Source: Octopus vulgaris
Lineage: Eukaryota
Reading direction: 5' to 3'
Length of the DNA stretch: 64,000 bases
Assembly: GCA_951406725.2 (NCBI GenBank)
Contig: OX597818.1
Location: 11,966,001-12,030,000 of the forward strand
The translations under genes and the position numbers were made by a program. Under the pieces are notes generated by a model. The model saw only the letters and a list, made by a program, of their open reading frames with translations. It was not told the DNA's origin and made no database searches. This document shows, piece by piece, positions 42,010-55,400 of the stretch (position 1 is the first letter of the stretch; the number at the start of each line of letters is the position of its first letter).

Positions 42010-44062
42010 AGTGGTGAGAAGTCTCGGCTCGAGAGAATGCTAATGGAAATTGAGAAAAGTCTGCATCAATCCCATGAAAAGGAGAGAGCAGATAAAGAAG
42101 TTTGAGTAATGGAAAATATAAAATCAAACCCTAAAGCTTTCTTTAAGTTTGCCAAAGAGACAGCCACAGTGCACCAGAGAATAGGACCTCTCTTCCAAAA
42201 AGATGGCTCTCTCACAGGAAATCCCACGAGGATAAGTGAAATACTGAACGAACAATTCCAAAGTGTGTTCACTACACCTCTGGGACACAGGCAAGTAAAC
42301 AACCCAGAAGAATTCTTTGCCACTTTACCTGCGGCCAAAGAGGCAAAAATTGAGTACATCAACATTGAAGATGATGATATCACACTAGCCATAGATGAGA
42401 TTGACACAAACTCAGCTGCTGGACCTGATGGATTTCCAGCGATCCTTCTCAAATCGTGCAAACGAGCCCTTGCAAAACCGCCACAGCTTCTTTTTCAGAG
42501 CTTTCTTGCAAGTGGTAAGCTCCCAGTCAAATTGAAAGAGGGGGTAATATGCCCTATCCAAAAGGGAGGTAGCAGAGCAGATGCTAAAAATTATAGGCCT
42601 ATCTCTCTGACCTCACACATCAGCAAAGTCATGGAACGAATAGTCCGCAAGAAACTAATCATGTTCCTTGAAGAAAATGACTTGCTGTCTGACACCCAGC
42701 ATGGATTTCGACCAGGTAGAAGCTGCCTAACACAGCTCCTGCAACACTATGACTGGGTGTTAAAACAGCTACTAAATGGCTCAAATGTGGATGTAATATA
42801 TCTCGACTTTGCAAAAGCCTTTGATAAAGTCGACCATGGTATGATCTGTCACAAACTGCGTGGTCTCGGCATAGGCGGAAAACTTGGAGAGTGGCTGCAC
42901 GACTTCCTAGAAGACAGAAGACAGGCAGTTGTGAGCAATGGAGCCACCTCCAAGGAAACACAAATAACAAGCGGTGTTCCACAGGGCACTGTCTTGGGGC
43001 CACTGCTGTTCATAGTGGCCCTTTCAGACATGCCTTCAGTTGCTACGATGGCCACCCTTGCTAGCTATGCAGATGACACAAAAGTCTTCCACACAATACA
43101 AAACCCTGAAAATATTGCGCATCTGCAACAGGAGTTGGATAAAATATACAGGTGGGCGGAGGACAACAACATGCAGTTTAATGCAGGTAAGTTCCAGGCC
43201 CTGCGCTACCGGCACACAAAGGTAAACGACGTGCAGACTGGATACACTGGCCCAGGAAGAATTGCAATCCCTGAGTCAAAATCAGTGCGTGACCTAGGCA
43301 TTGACATGAGCAATGATGCATCTTTCCAAGTGCATATTACTAATCTGGTGATAAAATGCAGACGGCTAGCTGGATGGATTCTCCGAACTTTCAGAACAAG
43401 AGAGAAGTAGACACTGATGGTCCTCTGGAAAACATTCGTCCTCAGCCGCTTGGACTACTGCTCCCAACTATGGTCACCACTCAATATAAAACTAACAGCA
43501 GAACTCGAAGCAATTCAGAGAAGCTACACAAAGAAGGTCGTCTCAATGCAAAATATCAGCTACTGGGAAAGACTGAAAGTATTAAACCTCTTCTCCCTAG
43601 AGCGAAGGCGGGAGAGATATGCGGTGATATACATCTGGAAAATCCTAGAGAGTCTTGTCCCAAACTTTGGCATTCAAAGTTACCCCAACCGCAGAACGGG
43701 GCGCCACTGCATGTTGCCAAAGATTCCAACATCATCATCAAAATACAGGACCAGATACTGCAACAGCTTGGGTTTCAGTGGACCACAGCTCTTTAACATC
43801 CTCCCTAAATGCCTGAGAGACTTGCATGGTGTGGATGTGGGTTTCTTTAAAACTAAACTGGATCTCTTCTTGTCGGGAGTCCCAGATGAACCTACCTCAC
43901 GACAGGAGACGCAGATGCGGGCAGCAGCATCGAACTCCCTTGTTGATCAAGTGCCACGTATCAGAGGTGGATTCACATATTAGTGTAACTCATTCAGCGG
44001 TGGTGCCCCAGCATGGTCGCGGCCTTTGGGCTAAAACATTTTTAAGGATTTAAGGATTTTTA
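42010..44062 (+). mobile_element. 5'-truncated CR1/L2-like LINE (RT)
   Basis: ORFs 42109-43410 and 43417-43983 share a frame with one TAG between them. Motifs AAGPDG, NYRPISLTS, QHGFRPGRSC, YLDFAKAFDKV, GVPQGTVLGP and YADD. Tail (TTTAAGGA)2. Confidence 0.95.
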
Positions 44063-47000
44063 AATCCAGTTTTTTGCCTTACTTATACTTTTTTCATTCT
44101 ATCTTACTTCACAACTTTTTGATACAAATTTTTGTTGCATGGGACCAAAACTATGAAATTCTTCATGCTTTCTTCTATCACTGATGCTAAGATAAATATA
44201 TTTTGCTTTTAAAATAAAATAATTATTTAGATCTAAACTTGATTGGAGGCGTTACTTACTCTTCTATAACGTGGCTACTTATTCCGAAGTAAACATTTTC
44301 CTACTGGATCGAACCTCAATTTTTTAATGCTAAAAGGTAGCTCGGGACCAGTCCTCTTCGAAAATGTTAACAGTTTTTAATTTGGTTAAGAATTGAATTA
44401 GCGACAAGCCCTGAAAGATGCTGCGTGTAAGTAAATTGCGGCCTTAAGAATATTATTCAGCTACTACTGTTGTTGAATGATATATATACATATAAACTGG
44501 CACTCCGTGGGTTATGACGACGAGGGTTCCAGTTGATCCGATCAACAGAGCAGCTTGCTCATGAAATTAACTTGCAAGTGACTGAGCATTCCTCAGATAC
44601 GCATACCCTTAACATAATTCTGAGGAAGATTCAGCGTGACACAGAATGTGACAAGGCCGGTCCTTTGAATAATAGGTATAATTCATTTTTGCCGGTTATT
44701 TTTGGCAAATATGGAGAGGCAAATTTAGCAATCATTCAGCCATGTCAGATGATTGCTAAATTTGTCTATCCTTATTTAGCATGAAACTGTTCGTAACAAT
44801 TTTAATCGGCTGCTAGGAGACTATTGTATTATATAATGTGTTTGTGCGCGCGCGCCAACACACACACACACACACTCACACATGTATACAAACACACATG
44901 CACACACACACATATATATTTCAAACTTTCAAATGAATTTTACAAAATTGTGTTATTTTTTTAATGCATTAAAATAAAACGGTCACACATTCGTTGGTTG
45001 CAGCCAATATATTTTGAGAATTTCATCGCATGTTGACAAGACAATTTAATTGCTGGTGCTGCAGTTAATGTATTTTTTAGCCACTGGTTACACACAAAAG
45101 TTTATTATCTTATGAAATATTTACACTTCAGTGATTAGAATAACAAGTAAAAAGTGAGGAAGAAATAACAGTTGCCATTTGATGGATTGCTGTGGGAAAA
45201 CACTGTTTAATGTTGTATCCAGTAACTTATTTGATTTACTTGTTTATGTTATGCTGATAACAGTATTTCTTTAGTATTCTTAGCGCTGCCTATGATATTT
45301 AATAACTTTCGTTATCAAGGTGCAGCTGCGTCGGTTTCATTTCGATAAGGGTTACACTGTGACATAAACAAAAACAGAAATCATATTCACTCAAGTGCTG
45401 AACAACTCTCCGATAAATGGACACTCATCTATTGATTACAATGTGTATCAAAATTATTGATTTTCTCTTTGGTCAGAAAGTGTTATTTCCTATTTGTTTC
45501 TATCTAGAAATTAAAAGAAATTACTACCCTCCGCTTTAAACTTTGCTTTTGTGACCTGGACATCAATGTTTTGAGACTGACCTGCTTTTGTTACATTTCA
45601 GACAGATTCAGAGCTGAGTTGCTGAAGCAGAAATATTGTTATAGAAAATATTTTGCTCAATACCACACATTTGCTTGTCAGTTTCTTGACCTTAATTCTT
45701 GAGCATGTCTCTTAGTGGCTGACAATATGTGCATCTCTGATCATGGGCAGGAGTAGAGGGGGAACATCATAGCCATGTGTTGAAAGGGATTCTTTGGGGT
45801 TTGAATAAATGTAACAAAACCAAGGTTTGAAGGAAATAGCCATTTTTCATACTTTCTTAGGGGTAAGCAAATGGGAAATAACAGTTGTTACCTAAGGATA
45901 AAAATCGTGTTACACAGTGTTATTAGCGATAGAAAGTTACTAAACTGTACGTTCGAAAAGAATAATCCTAGCCTGTGTCATCACTGTTTTCCGCTTACTC
46001 ATATTGGTTTCTTTGCATTGGGCACGTATGATCTACAGTTTAATCGATGGTTGGGGTATACGAGGTAGTAACGTTTATGACGAGAGAACCTCTGCATAAT
46101 TTTTTTTATTAATCGCTAGTGTATTGTACAAAGACCGAATACTTATATGAACTTAAAAAACAACCACTTCTATATAGATAAAATTGTGCATTAGTCAATA
46201 GACTTCTGTAAAGATACAAAGCTATAAAAGCTGCTACTAAAGTGTATTTCATTTACTCAAATATTTTAAGAAACGCAAAACAAAATATTCTTATGATAGG
46301 CATTTTATATTCGAGTGCGAATTGTGACAGATTTAGGCGCGCAAGATTTTCACCTAGCTTAAGAGTTGATAATAATAAACAGTTGCCTCTACTTACAATA
46401 TTTAGGTGGTTGCCATAGTAAAAGACGCTTGCTCAAGGTGCTATGCAGTGGGACTGAACCTGGAACCATGTGTTTGAGAAGGAAACTTCTTACCACACAG
46501 CCACGTTTGCACCTAAATACACGCACACACATACACACGAATATATGTATGAAGTATATGTGCGTGTTTATGTATGAATGTATGTACGTCTGTATGTATC
46601 TCTCTCTCTGACTCAGTGATTAGAGCATTGAGTTCACAATCATGAGGTTGTGAGTTCGATTCCCGGCCAGGTTGTGTGTTGTATTCTTGAGCAAGACACT
46701 ATTTCACGTTGCTCCAGTTCACTCAGCTGTAGAAATGAGTTGCGACGTCACAGGTGCCAAGCTGTATCGACCTTTGCCTTTACAGCGTGGAGAGGGGAGG
46801 CTGGGATGCAAGGGCGACTGCTGGTCTTCCATAAACAAACTTGTGCCACGGACGGTAACTTTCTAAGTGCAATCCCATGGTCATTCATGAACGAAGGGCG
46901 TCTTTAACCTTTTACACACACACACACACACATACATTAGACTAACAGAAGGTGAAGGCGGTGAGCTGGCAGAAACGTTAGCACGCCGGGCGAAATGCTT

Positions 47001-47461
47001 AACAGTATTTTGTCTGCTGCCACGTTCTGAGTTCAAATTCCGCCGAGGTCGACTTCGCCTTTCACCCTTTTGGGGTCGATTAAATAAGTACCAGTTACAC
47101 ACTGGGGTCGATATAATCGTCTTAATCCGTTTGTTTGTCCTTGTTTGTCCCCTCTGTGTGTAACCTCTTGTGGGCAGTAAAGAAATAAGGTGAAGGTATC
47201 ATGATGACGTGATTGACGGACTCGTCAGCTTATATTTCTTTATGATTGCTTTCCATTTTGAATTTAACCGTGAGGCAGAACACAATAATACACTAATGTA
47301 GTGTTCAATATTTATAGTTTTGAAAGTAACACAAAAAATGAGGAATATGACAAATCAGTGGTACGTCTGCCAAATCAGTGATACGTTTATGTAACCAAGA
47401 AATTTGCGTGGGTTTTAAATGTTCTGTTTCTCATGTGTCCCCAAAAATATTGCGCTATGAC

Positions 47462-47553
47462 TTTCTAGAGACCATAGGATTCCTGGTGAAGTTTTCTAGA
47501 GACCATAGAATTTCTGGTGAAATATTCTAGAGGCCATAGGATTACTGGTGAAA
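47462..47553. repeat. 31-bp minisatellite, 3 copies
   Basis: ttctagagaccatagga.t.ctggtgaa repeated three times. Confidence 0.85.
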
Positions 47554-49096
47554 TTTTAACATGAAATGTAATGGGATGCGAAAATGCACACGAAACTGTG
47601 AAGCAGACCCGGCTTACCAGATATTCACCTCTTATTATTTAATGGTGCTGTTTCTACTTACATATGCCAATCACTTTCTGACTTATTTTCTATATAGAAG
47701 GCAATTTAGAATCCTCACTTAAATATTATTGCTAAATTACTTGTTGGGAAGAGGAAATGGTTGATTGATAGGTAGATAGATATACGCACACAGACACGTC
47801 TGAACGCACAAACGTGCACCGCATACACACACACACACACACACGTTTCTTTACTTTGATTTACTTTTCTATGGAGTAACTTTACATTAAGCAGGGAAAC
47901 ATACAATTTCCTGCAATTCAGACTGCCTCGGGGTCCCAGCAGACAAAAGGTATTGCCCCAGAAGATGATGAGGGAGATGCACTGAAACAAGCACTGTAAC
48001 TCACGGGGCTCGCACTTGCAGATAACCATTTCCACCCCGAAAGCGGTGAGCAGGGATATGGTCTGGAGACCGAGAAGGCCAGAGATCTCTACTACCACAG
48101 GGTCAACAACAAATCTGCCAGACCTATTAACTTCATAGAAGTCTTGTCTGAAGACCTCAAGCAGTCAAGAGATATTTAATCCCTCGTCATTTTTTTTCTC
48201 ACCGGTTTTACTCAGACCAATAAAAATTCAATTATCTGTGTTTTGGCCATAGGCTCGGGAACACGGGGTACAGAGAGTACAAGTGCATCCACTGAAATGA
48301 AAACGCTTTAAACATCTCCCGGAAAACTTCATCGCCGAAGCGAAAGAGTGCAGCGACATTTTTATATTGATTCGAAACATTAATTTTTTTCATTATTGGA
48401 TTTATTTGATTTGATTGATTCACAAATTTAATAATAATTATTAACATACCTGTGTTTGTTTTCATATTAAGATTGAAAAGATCGACCTTGTTTCTAAAAA
48501 AGTTTGGGCCTGGGTTTGTACTTATGTGTTTTGCTCGCCATTTTGGATCACGCAAGACTCTCTCCTCCTTCCCTCATTCTTTGTTATTGCTTTTACAGAA
48601 CGCGGCAACTTCCATGTCAATCTTTCAAATCTGGACAGCGTTAACAGTACAGATAACAGAATCAATCTTTTGTCCACTGACATCTGTCTTGTCTTAAATA
48701 AAAAGACGCGTTAAGCGGGAAGTGGGAGGGGGTGAAAAAAATCAACTACCTTAATCTCTATTTCGCTAACTTACATATGTTATTTTCTTTTCTATTTGCC
48801 CAAAGATATTTGTTCAGAGAACACGTGTGAATGAAATCGATCACTTATTAGTATTAATATGCATAGCGATTTTTTTCTGTAACACCTGAATCATTCACAT
48901 TGTCTTTTCGACGACTAACACGTACGCTTCCTAAAACATATTTTATGCAGTTTTTATTAATGTTATAAATTGAAACTTATCTTCAATGCAAGAATTACTG
49001 TCTATTTCTAGACCTGTTTTCGCAGCCCTTCTAAGAAAACGTTTTGTTTGACCCTTTGAATTAGTGTAAGATTTAGATGTTTACATTTGTGGTAGC

Positions 49097-49173
49097 ATGT
49101 GTATGCGTATGTATGTATGTATGCATGTATGTATGTATGTATGTATGTATGTATGTATGTATGTATGTATGTA

Positions 49174-49235
<62 letters not shown>

Positions 49236-49403
49236 TGTGTGTATGTTTGTCTATAAGTGTGTATGTATGCCTATATATGTGAGTGCGCATCCTTAATTTT
49301 CTACAGAGGTCGCTGTTTGAATATTCTATAATATAAAGCATTCGCAAACGCATTTTGTAAAACGACTGTTTTAATTTAGTAACCAAACACACACACACAC
49401 GCA

Positions 49404-49470
<67 letters not shown>
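49097..49470. repeat. (TATG)n(TG)n and (CA)n microsatellites
   Basis: Direct reading: 49097-49245 and 49387-49470. Confidence 0.95.
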
Positions 49471-49472
<2 letters not shown>

Positions 49473-50456
49473 ATATTAAAACAAACCTTGTTATCGGTAT
49501 ACATATTTAAACAAGATGGTGAATTCTGGATATCAAGTGATATATTAATCTAACAAAACGCAGAATGATTTTGAAACGCAGAATCAAATATTTGTCAAAA
49601 TTATTAAATTTGGTTGCTTGTTGGTGCAACTCGCTGTTTAATTATAGTCTGACCAGATGTTGTGGTCACCACATACCCAATATCAACGATATTTGAGATG
49701 GAAGGTTATTTAACGAATTTTATTTCTACTTCCTCTCTACTTTATATTATTTATTTCAACAGATTTCGCTGATACAGACAATTATACTTATTAGCATAGT
49801 TTTAGAAGATTTCTATTTTTATACAAACAATTAAGTGGAATATGCAATTAACCGAATTCATATAATAAGGCAACTGTGTTGCTACATATAGCAGCGTGAA
49901 GGCGGCGAACTGGCAGAATCGTTACAAAGCCGGACAAAATGCTTTGCAGCATTTCTCTTGACTTATGTTGTGGGTTCAAAATGCCACCAGATTCGACTAT
50001 TCCTTTCATCCTTTCGGGGTTGATAAAATACCAGCTGAGTGCTGGAGTCGATATAATCGACTTATTCGCTTCCCTGAAATTACTGGCCTTGTGCTAAATT
50101 TTGAAACCGATATATACAAGCATACCTGAAGGCGAATGACCTAGTGGTTAGAATGTTGCACTCACGATCGTGGGGTCGTGGTTCCAATTCTTGGAACGGA
50201 CGGTGCGTTGTGTTTTTGAGCAAACCACTTCATCTCACGTTACTCTGCGATTACTTCGATACATGACGTGTGATAGGTACATCGTGAACCTATTAGAGCA
50301 AAGTTGATTCGATGGAGGGAGTGCATTTGATCATTATAAACAAATCATTTTTGTAGGTTATTCACCAAGAAATTGCAGAACCGTGTGTGTGTGTGTGTAT
50401 GTGTGCATATATACATATTCTCTCTCTCCTTCTCTGTCTGTCTGTCTCTCATATAT

Positions 50457-50496
<40 letters not shown>

Positions 50497-50497
<1 letters not shown>

Positions 50498-51464
50498 GAT
50501 CTTGCCATCCTTCCCATACAAAAAGAATCATATCCTTTAATATGGCAAGACGAATTTGTACAGTAGTTTCGGAGACAAACAGAAGAGAAAGACGACTTGC
50601 AGAACTTAATTTGTTCCTTAAAAAACAAAAATATCCCCACCAAACTAATAGACCAAGCGATAACTGAAGCTAAATATATCCCTTTTGCTATCACTCACAA
50701 TCCCAAGAATCACAATATTCTACAAACACCCAAACGCCTTCTACCAATTCTACACCAGTCCCTATGTCTCCGACAAATTATCAAGGAACAACAAATAATC
50801 AACAGCCGAAGGCAACCACCAAATCTTAAACTTCTAACCAAAGTAAGATTTGCATCAGAGGAGGAAATGATGTAAGTTACCAAATGTGGAAACCCCCGAT
50901 TTGGGACATGTGATTTAAAAGAACAGGGACCAGCCAAAAAATTCAAGAATGGAAAAGAATTAAGTGTGAGTGCAAATATGAACTACAAAAGCAAAAACCT
51001 GATATATTGTATCACATTTCCACAATGCAACGAACATTATATTGGGGAAACAAAAACGAAACTAACCAACCGTGTAAATGTGCATTGACATGAAATAAAA
51101 CATCCCACACTTAGATGCATACCATATAGCGATCATTTGGACACCTGTGCACAAGGAAAATTTACAATTTTCCCGCTTCATAAAATAAATGAATTGAACG
51201 ACTTTCTCCGGAAGGCAAAAGAAGATTTCATAAGATTTCTAAGTCCGAATCTAAACCGGAAATAGGCAACAATAAATTTACTGAAAACAACTTCCACTGT
51301 ATATAATAACACGTGCCTGTAAACGTTAAGAACTGAAAGCACTTGCACATCTATAAAAGCAAAAGCCACACACATTTTGTGAAATCTCTTCCCAAAGGTT
51401 AGTGTCTTTCGATTTTCTAAAAAGGTTCTTTTCTCAATCTTAACTCTGAGAAAAATCTTCACTC

Positions 51465-51468
<4 letters not shown>
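50497..51468 (+). mobile_element. Degenerate 5'-truncated Penelope-like element (RT C-terminus, Cys linker, GIY-YIG)
   Basis: Frameshifted pieces: SCHPSHTKRIISFNMARRICTV; RRQPPNLK.LL; KCGNPRFGTC; NLIYCITFPQCNEHYIGETK (GIY-YIG). Bounded by (TA)n. Confidence 0.85.
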
Positions 51469-51498
<30 letters not shown>

Positions 51499-51501
<3 letters not shown>

Positions 51502-52422
51502 ATAAAACGGTAAGATAACAAAAGAAAGAAAGAGACCTCAATATTATGTAAATAGAGGAAATTTATCTATACAATATGTTACATTACTCGGTAGTCAAGA
51601 TAAAACTCTGAGTTTCAGATGCCGAAGTGGAAATCCACAACACCATCTCTTCGGTTATCTGGCTATTTGAAAACGTTATGAAAAAATACCGTTAAAAATG
51701 AAGGGAAATTACTCTGTTATAACTCTGCTTTGCCTGCGTACTTATACATCGCTCGCATTTTTCGTCATAAAAATTATATAAAAATACATAAAAATATATA
51801 AAAATATATATAATCTTCTTGGGACATAACACAGAAAGCATGTTCTATCCGTTTTCTTTAGGGGACCAAAAACGTAACAGAAATTTAGTCACATGTGGGC
51901 ATGATCCGAAAAGCTCTGTCCTTGTATTTAGACATGTGGTAGGGTCTAAGCTGCTTTTCCAGATAAGCCATCTCTCCATGTCGCATAAACCGCACCTTCC
52001 GCTGCCGTTAGTATAGGGCTTACATCTGGCCAAAATCTTCCATTGTATGTTATAATCGACACCTTTATCTCTTAAAGACCAAATATGATTGGATAATTGT
52101 GTCGCTTTTCTTTTGTTCCAGTGCCTAAAGATCAAAGTGTGGTTATTGAACCTGGCCTTGAAATTACCCTCTGTGTTATGTCCCAAGAAGATTTTATATA
52201 TTTTTATGTATTTTTATATAATTTTTATGACGAAAAATGCGAGCGATGTATAAGTACGCAGGCAAAGCAGAGTTATAACAGAGTAATTTCCCTTCATTTT
52301 TAACGGTATTTTTCATAACGTTTTCAAATAGCCAGATAACCGAAGAGATGGTGTTGTGGATTTCCACTTCGGCATCTGAAACTCAGAGTTTTATCTTGAC
52401 TACCGAGTAATGTAACATATTG

Positions 52423-52426
<4 letters not shown>
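51499..52426 (-). mobile_element. 5'-truncated Penelope-like element (GIY-YIG endonuclease C-terminal half) with inverted pLTR copies
   Basis: ORF 51845-52186: TEGNFKARFNNH...LSNHIWSL...WKIL...CGLCDMER..I...LNTRTEL..CPH, typical of the PLE EN C-terminus. Inverted repeats of ~260 bp at ~51569-51835 and ~52170-52426. (TA)n on both sides. Confidence 0.88.
52335..52395 (+). ncRNA. Variant type I hammerhead motif in PLE pLTR (mirror copy 51599-51659, minus strand)
   Basis: gauaa-CCGAAGA-gaug[22 nt]cauc-u-GAAA-cuc-a-gag-UU-uuauc. All three stems pair, but the core has U4C and one extra U before GAAA. Confidence 0.6.
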
Positions 52427-52483
<57 letters not shown>

Positions 52484-55400
52484 AAAATAAATATAAGAGA
52501 GTGGTCACTATATTGCTCACTCTAGCACCAGTTAATCCAAAAGGTTTCAACCACGAAAATACATGTTTCCCATGAAAGCCAGTACGACTGTTAGCTCACA
52601 CGGACAGGGCAAATAAAAAATAACAAAAATACAGATTATTTTGGGACAATTGTTTCGCTATTAATGAATTAAATGTAATATTACTTACAAAAATCCATTT
52701 GTAGCTCGTCAGCCAAGACTATCTGGATGAAATCCACTCAATCACACGCCAGATTTTACCATAACGATAAATACGCGTGTGGTTCAATTGATTACATCCG
52801 ACGTTATAATTCAAATGCCCCAACCAACAGCGCGCCAAACTCTCACGGAAAACAAATACAGCATTTAGAAATAAATGCAGCATAATTATAATTAATTAAT
52901 AAGGGTGAGAGAATTAGATACTAATTTAATAGTATATTTATTCCACACCAAGTGGCCTAGTGCTACGAGAAACCTGGATTATTATAATATTTTATAACAT
53001 ATTATAATATTTTTACAAAATAAATATAAGAGAGTGGTCACTATATTGCTCACTCTAGCACCAGTTAATCCAAAAGGTTTCAACCACGAAAATACATGTT
53101 TCCCATGAAAGCCAGTACGACTGTTAGCTCACACGGACAGGGCAAATAAAAAATAACAAAAATACAGATTATTTTGGGACAATTGTTTCGCTATTAATGA
53201 ATTAAATGTAATATTACTTACAAAAATCCATTTGTAGCTCGTCAGCCAAGACTATCTGGATGAAATCCACTCAATCACACGCCAGATTTTACCATAACGA
53301 TAAATACGCGTGTGGTTCAATTGATTACATCCGACGTTATAATTCAAATGCCCCAACCAACAGCGCGCCAAACTCTCACGGAAAACAAATACAGCATTTA
53401 GAAATAAATGCAGCATAATTATAATTAATTAATAAGGGTGAGAGAATTAGATACTAATTTAATAGTATATTTATTCCACACCAAGTGGCCTAGTGCTACG
53501 AGAAACCTGGATTATTATAATATTTTATAACATATTATAATATTTTTACAAAATAAATATAAGAGAGTGGTCACTATATTGCTCACTCTAGCACCAGTTA
53601 ATCCAAAAGGTTTCAACCACGAAAATACATGTTTCCCATGAAAGCCAGTACGACTGTTAGCTCACACGGACAGGGCAAATAAAAAATAACAAAAATACAG
53701 ATTATTTTGGGACAATTGTTTCGCTATTAATGAATTAAATGTAATATTACTTACAAAAATCCATTTGTAGCTCGTCAGCCAAGACTATCTGGATGAAATC
53801 CACTCAATCACACGCCAGATTTTACCATAACGATAAATACGCGTGTGGTTCAATTGATTACATCCGACGTTATAATTCAAATGCCCCAACCAACAGCGCG
53901 CCAAACTCTCACGGAAAACAAATACAGCATTTAGAAATAAATGCAGCATAATTATAATTAATTAATAAGGGTGAGAGAATTAGATACTAATTTAATAGTA
54001 TATTTATTCCACACCAAGTGGCCTAGTGCTACGAGAAACCTGGATTATTATAATATTTTATAACATATTATAATATTTTTACAAAATAAATATAAGAGAG
54101 TGGTCACTATATTGCTCACTCTAGCACCAGTTAATCCAAAAGGTTTCAACCACGAAAATACATGTTTCCCATGAAAGCCAGTACGACTGTTAGCTCACAC
54201 GGACAGGGCAAATAAAAAATAACAAAAATACAGATTATTTTGGGACAATTGTTTCGCTATTAATGAATTAAATGTAATATTACTTACAAAAATCCATTTG
54301 TAGCTCGTCAGCCAAGACTATCTGGATGAAATCCACTCAATCACACGCCAGATTTTACCATAACGATAAATACGCGTGTGGTTCAATTGATTACATCCGA
54401 CGTTATAATTCAAATGCCCCAACCAACAGCGCGCCAAACTCTCACGGAAAACAAATACAGCATTTAGAAATAAATGCAGCATAATTATAATTAATTAATA
54501 AGGGTGAGAGAATTAGATACTAATTTAATAGTATATTTATTCCACACCAAGTGGCCTAGTGCTACGAGAAACCTGGATTATTATAATATTTTATAACATA
54601 TTATAATATTTTTACAAAATAAATATAAGAGAGTGGTCACTATATTGCTCACTCTAGCACCAGTTAATCCAAAAGGTTTCAACCACGAAAATACATGTTT
54701 CCCATGAAAGCCAGTACGACTGTTAGCTCACACGGACAGGGCAAATAAAAAATAACAAAAATACAGATTATTTTGGGACAATTGTTTCGCTATTAATGAA
54801 TTAAATGTAATATTACTTACAAAAATCCATTTGTAGCTCGTCAGCCAAGACTATCTGGATGAAATCCACTCAATCACACGCCAGATTTTACCATAACGAT
54901 AAATACGCGTGTGGTTCAATTGATTACATCCGACGTTATAATTCAAATGCCCCAACCAACAGCGCGCCAAACTCTCACGGAAAACAAATACAGCATTTAG
55001 AAATAAATGCAGCATAATTATAATTAATTAATAAGGGTGAGAGAATTAGATACTAATTTAATAGTATATTTATTCCACACCAAGTGGCCTAGTGCTACGA
55101 GAAACCTGGATTATTATAATATTTTATAACATATTATAATATTTTTACAAAATAAATATAAGAGAGTGGTCACTATATTGCTCACTCTAGCACCAGTTAA
55201 TCCAAAAGGTTTCAACCACGAAAATACATGTTTCCCATGAAAGCCAGTACGACTGTTAGCTCACACGGACAGGGCAAATAAAAAATAACAAAAATACAGA
55301 TTATTTTGGGACAATTGTTTCGCTATTAATGAATTAAATGTAATATTACTTACAAAAATCCATTTGTAGCTCGTCAGCCAAGACTATCTGGATGAAATCC

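Noticed and set aside
43408-43410. Programmed read-through at the single TAG in the LINE RT
   Set aside because: More simply a nonsense mutation in a 5'-truncated dead copy.
46957-47045. tRNA genes
   Set aside because: The A/B boxes belong to SINE heads followed by the SINE core; no cloverleaf could be built.
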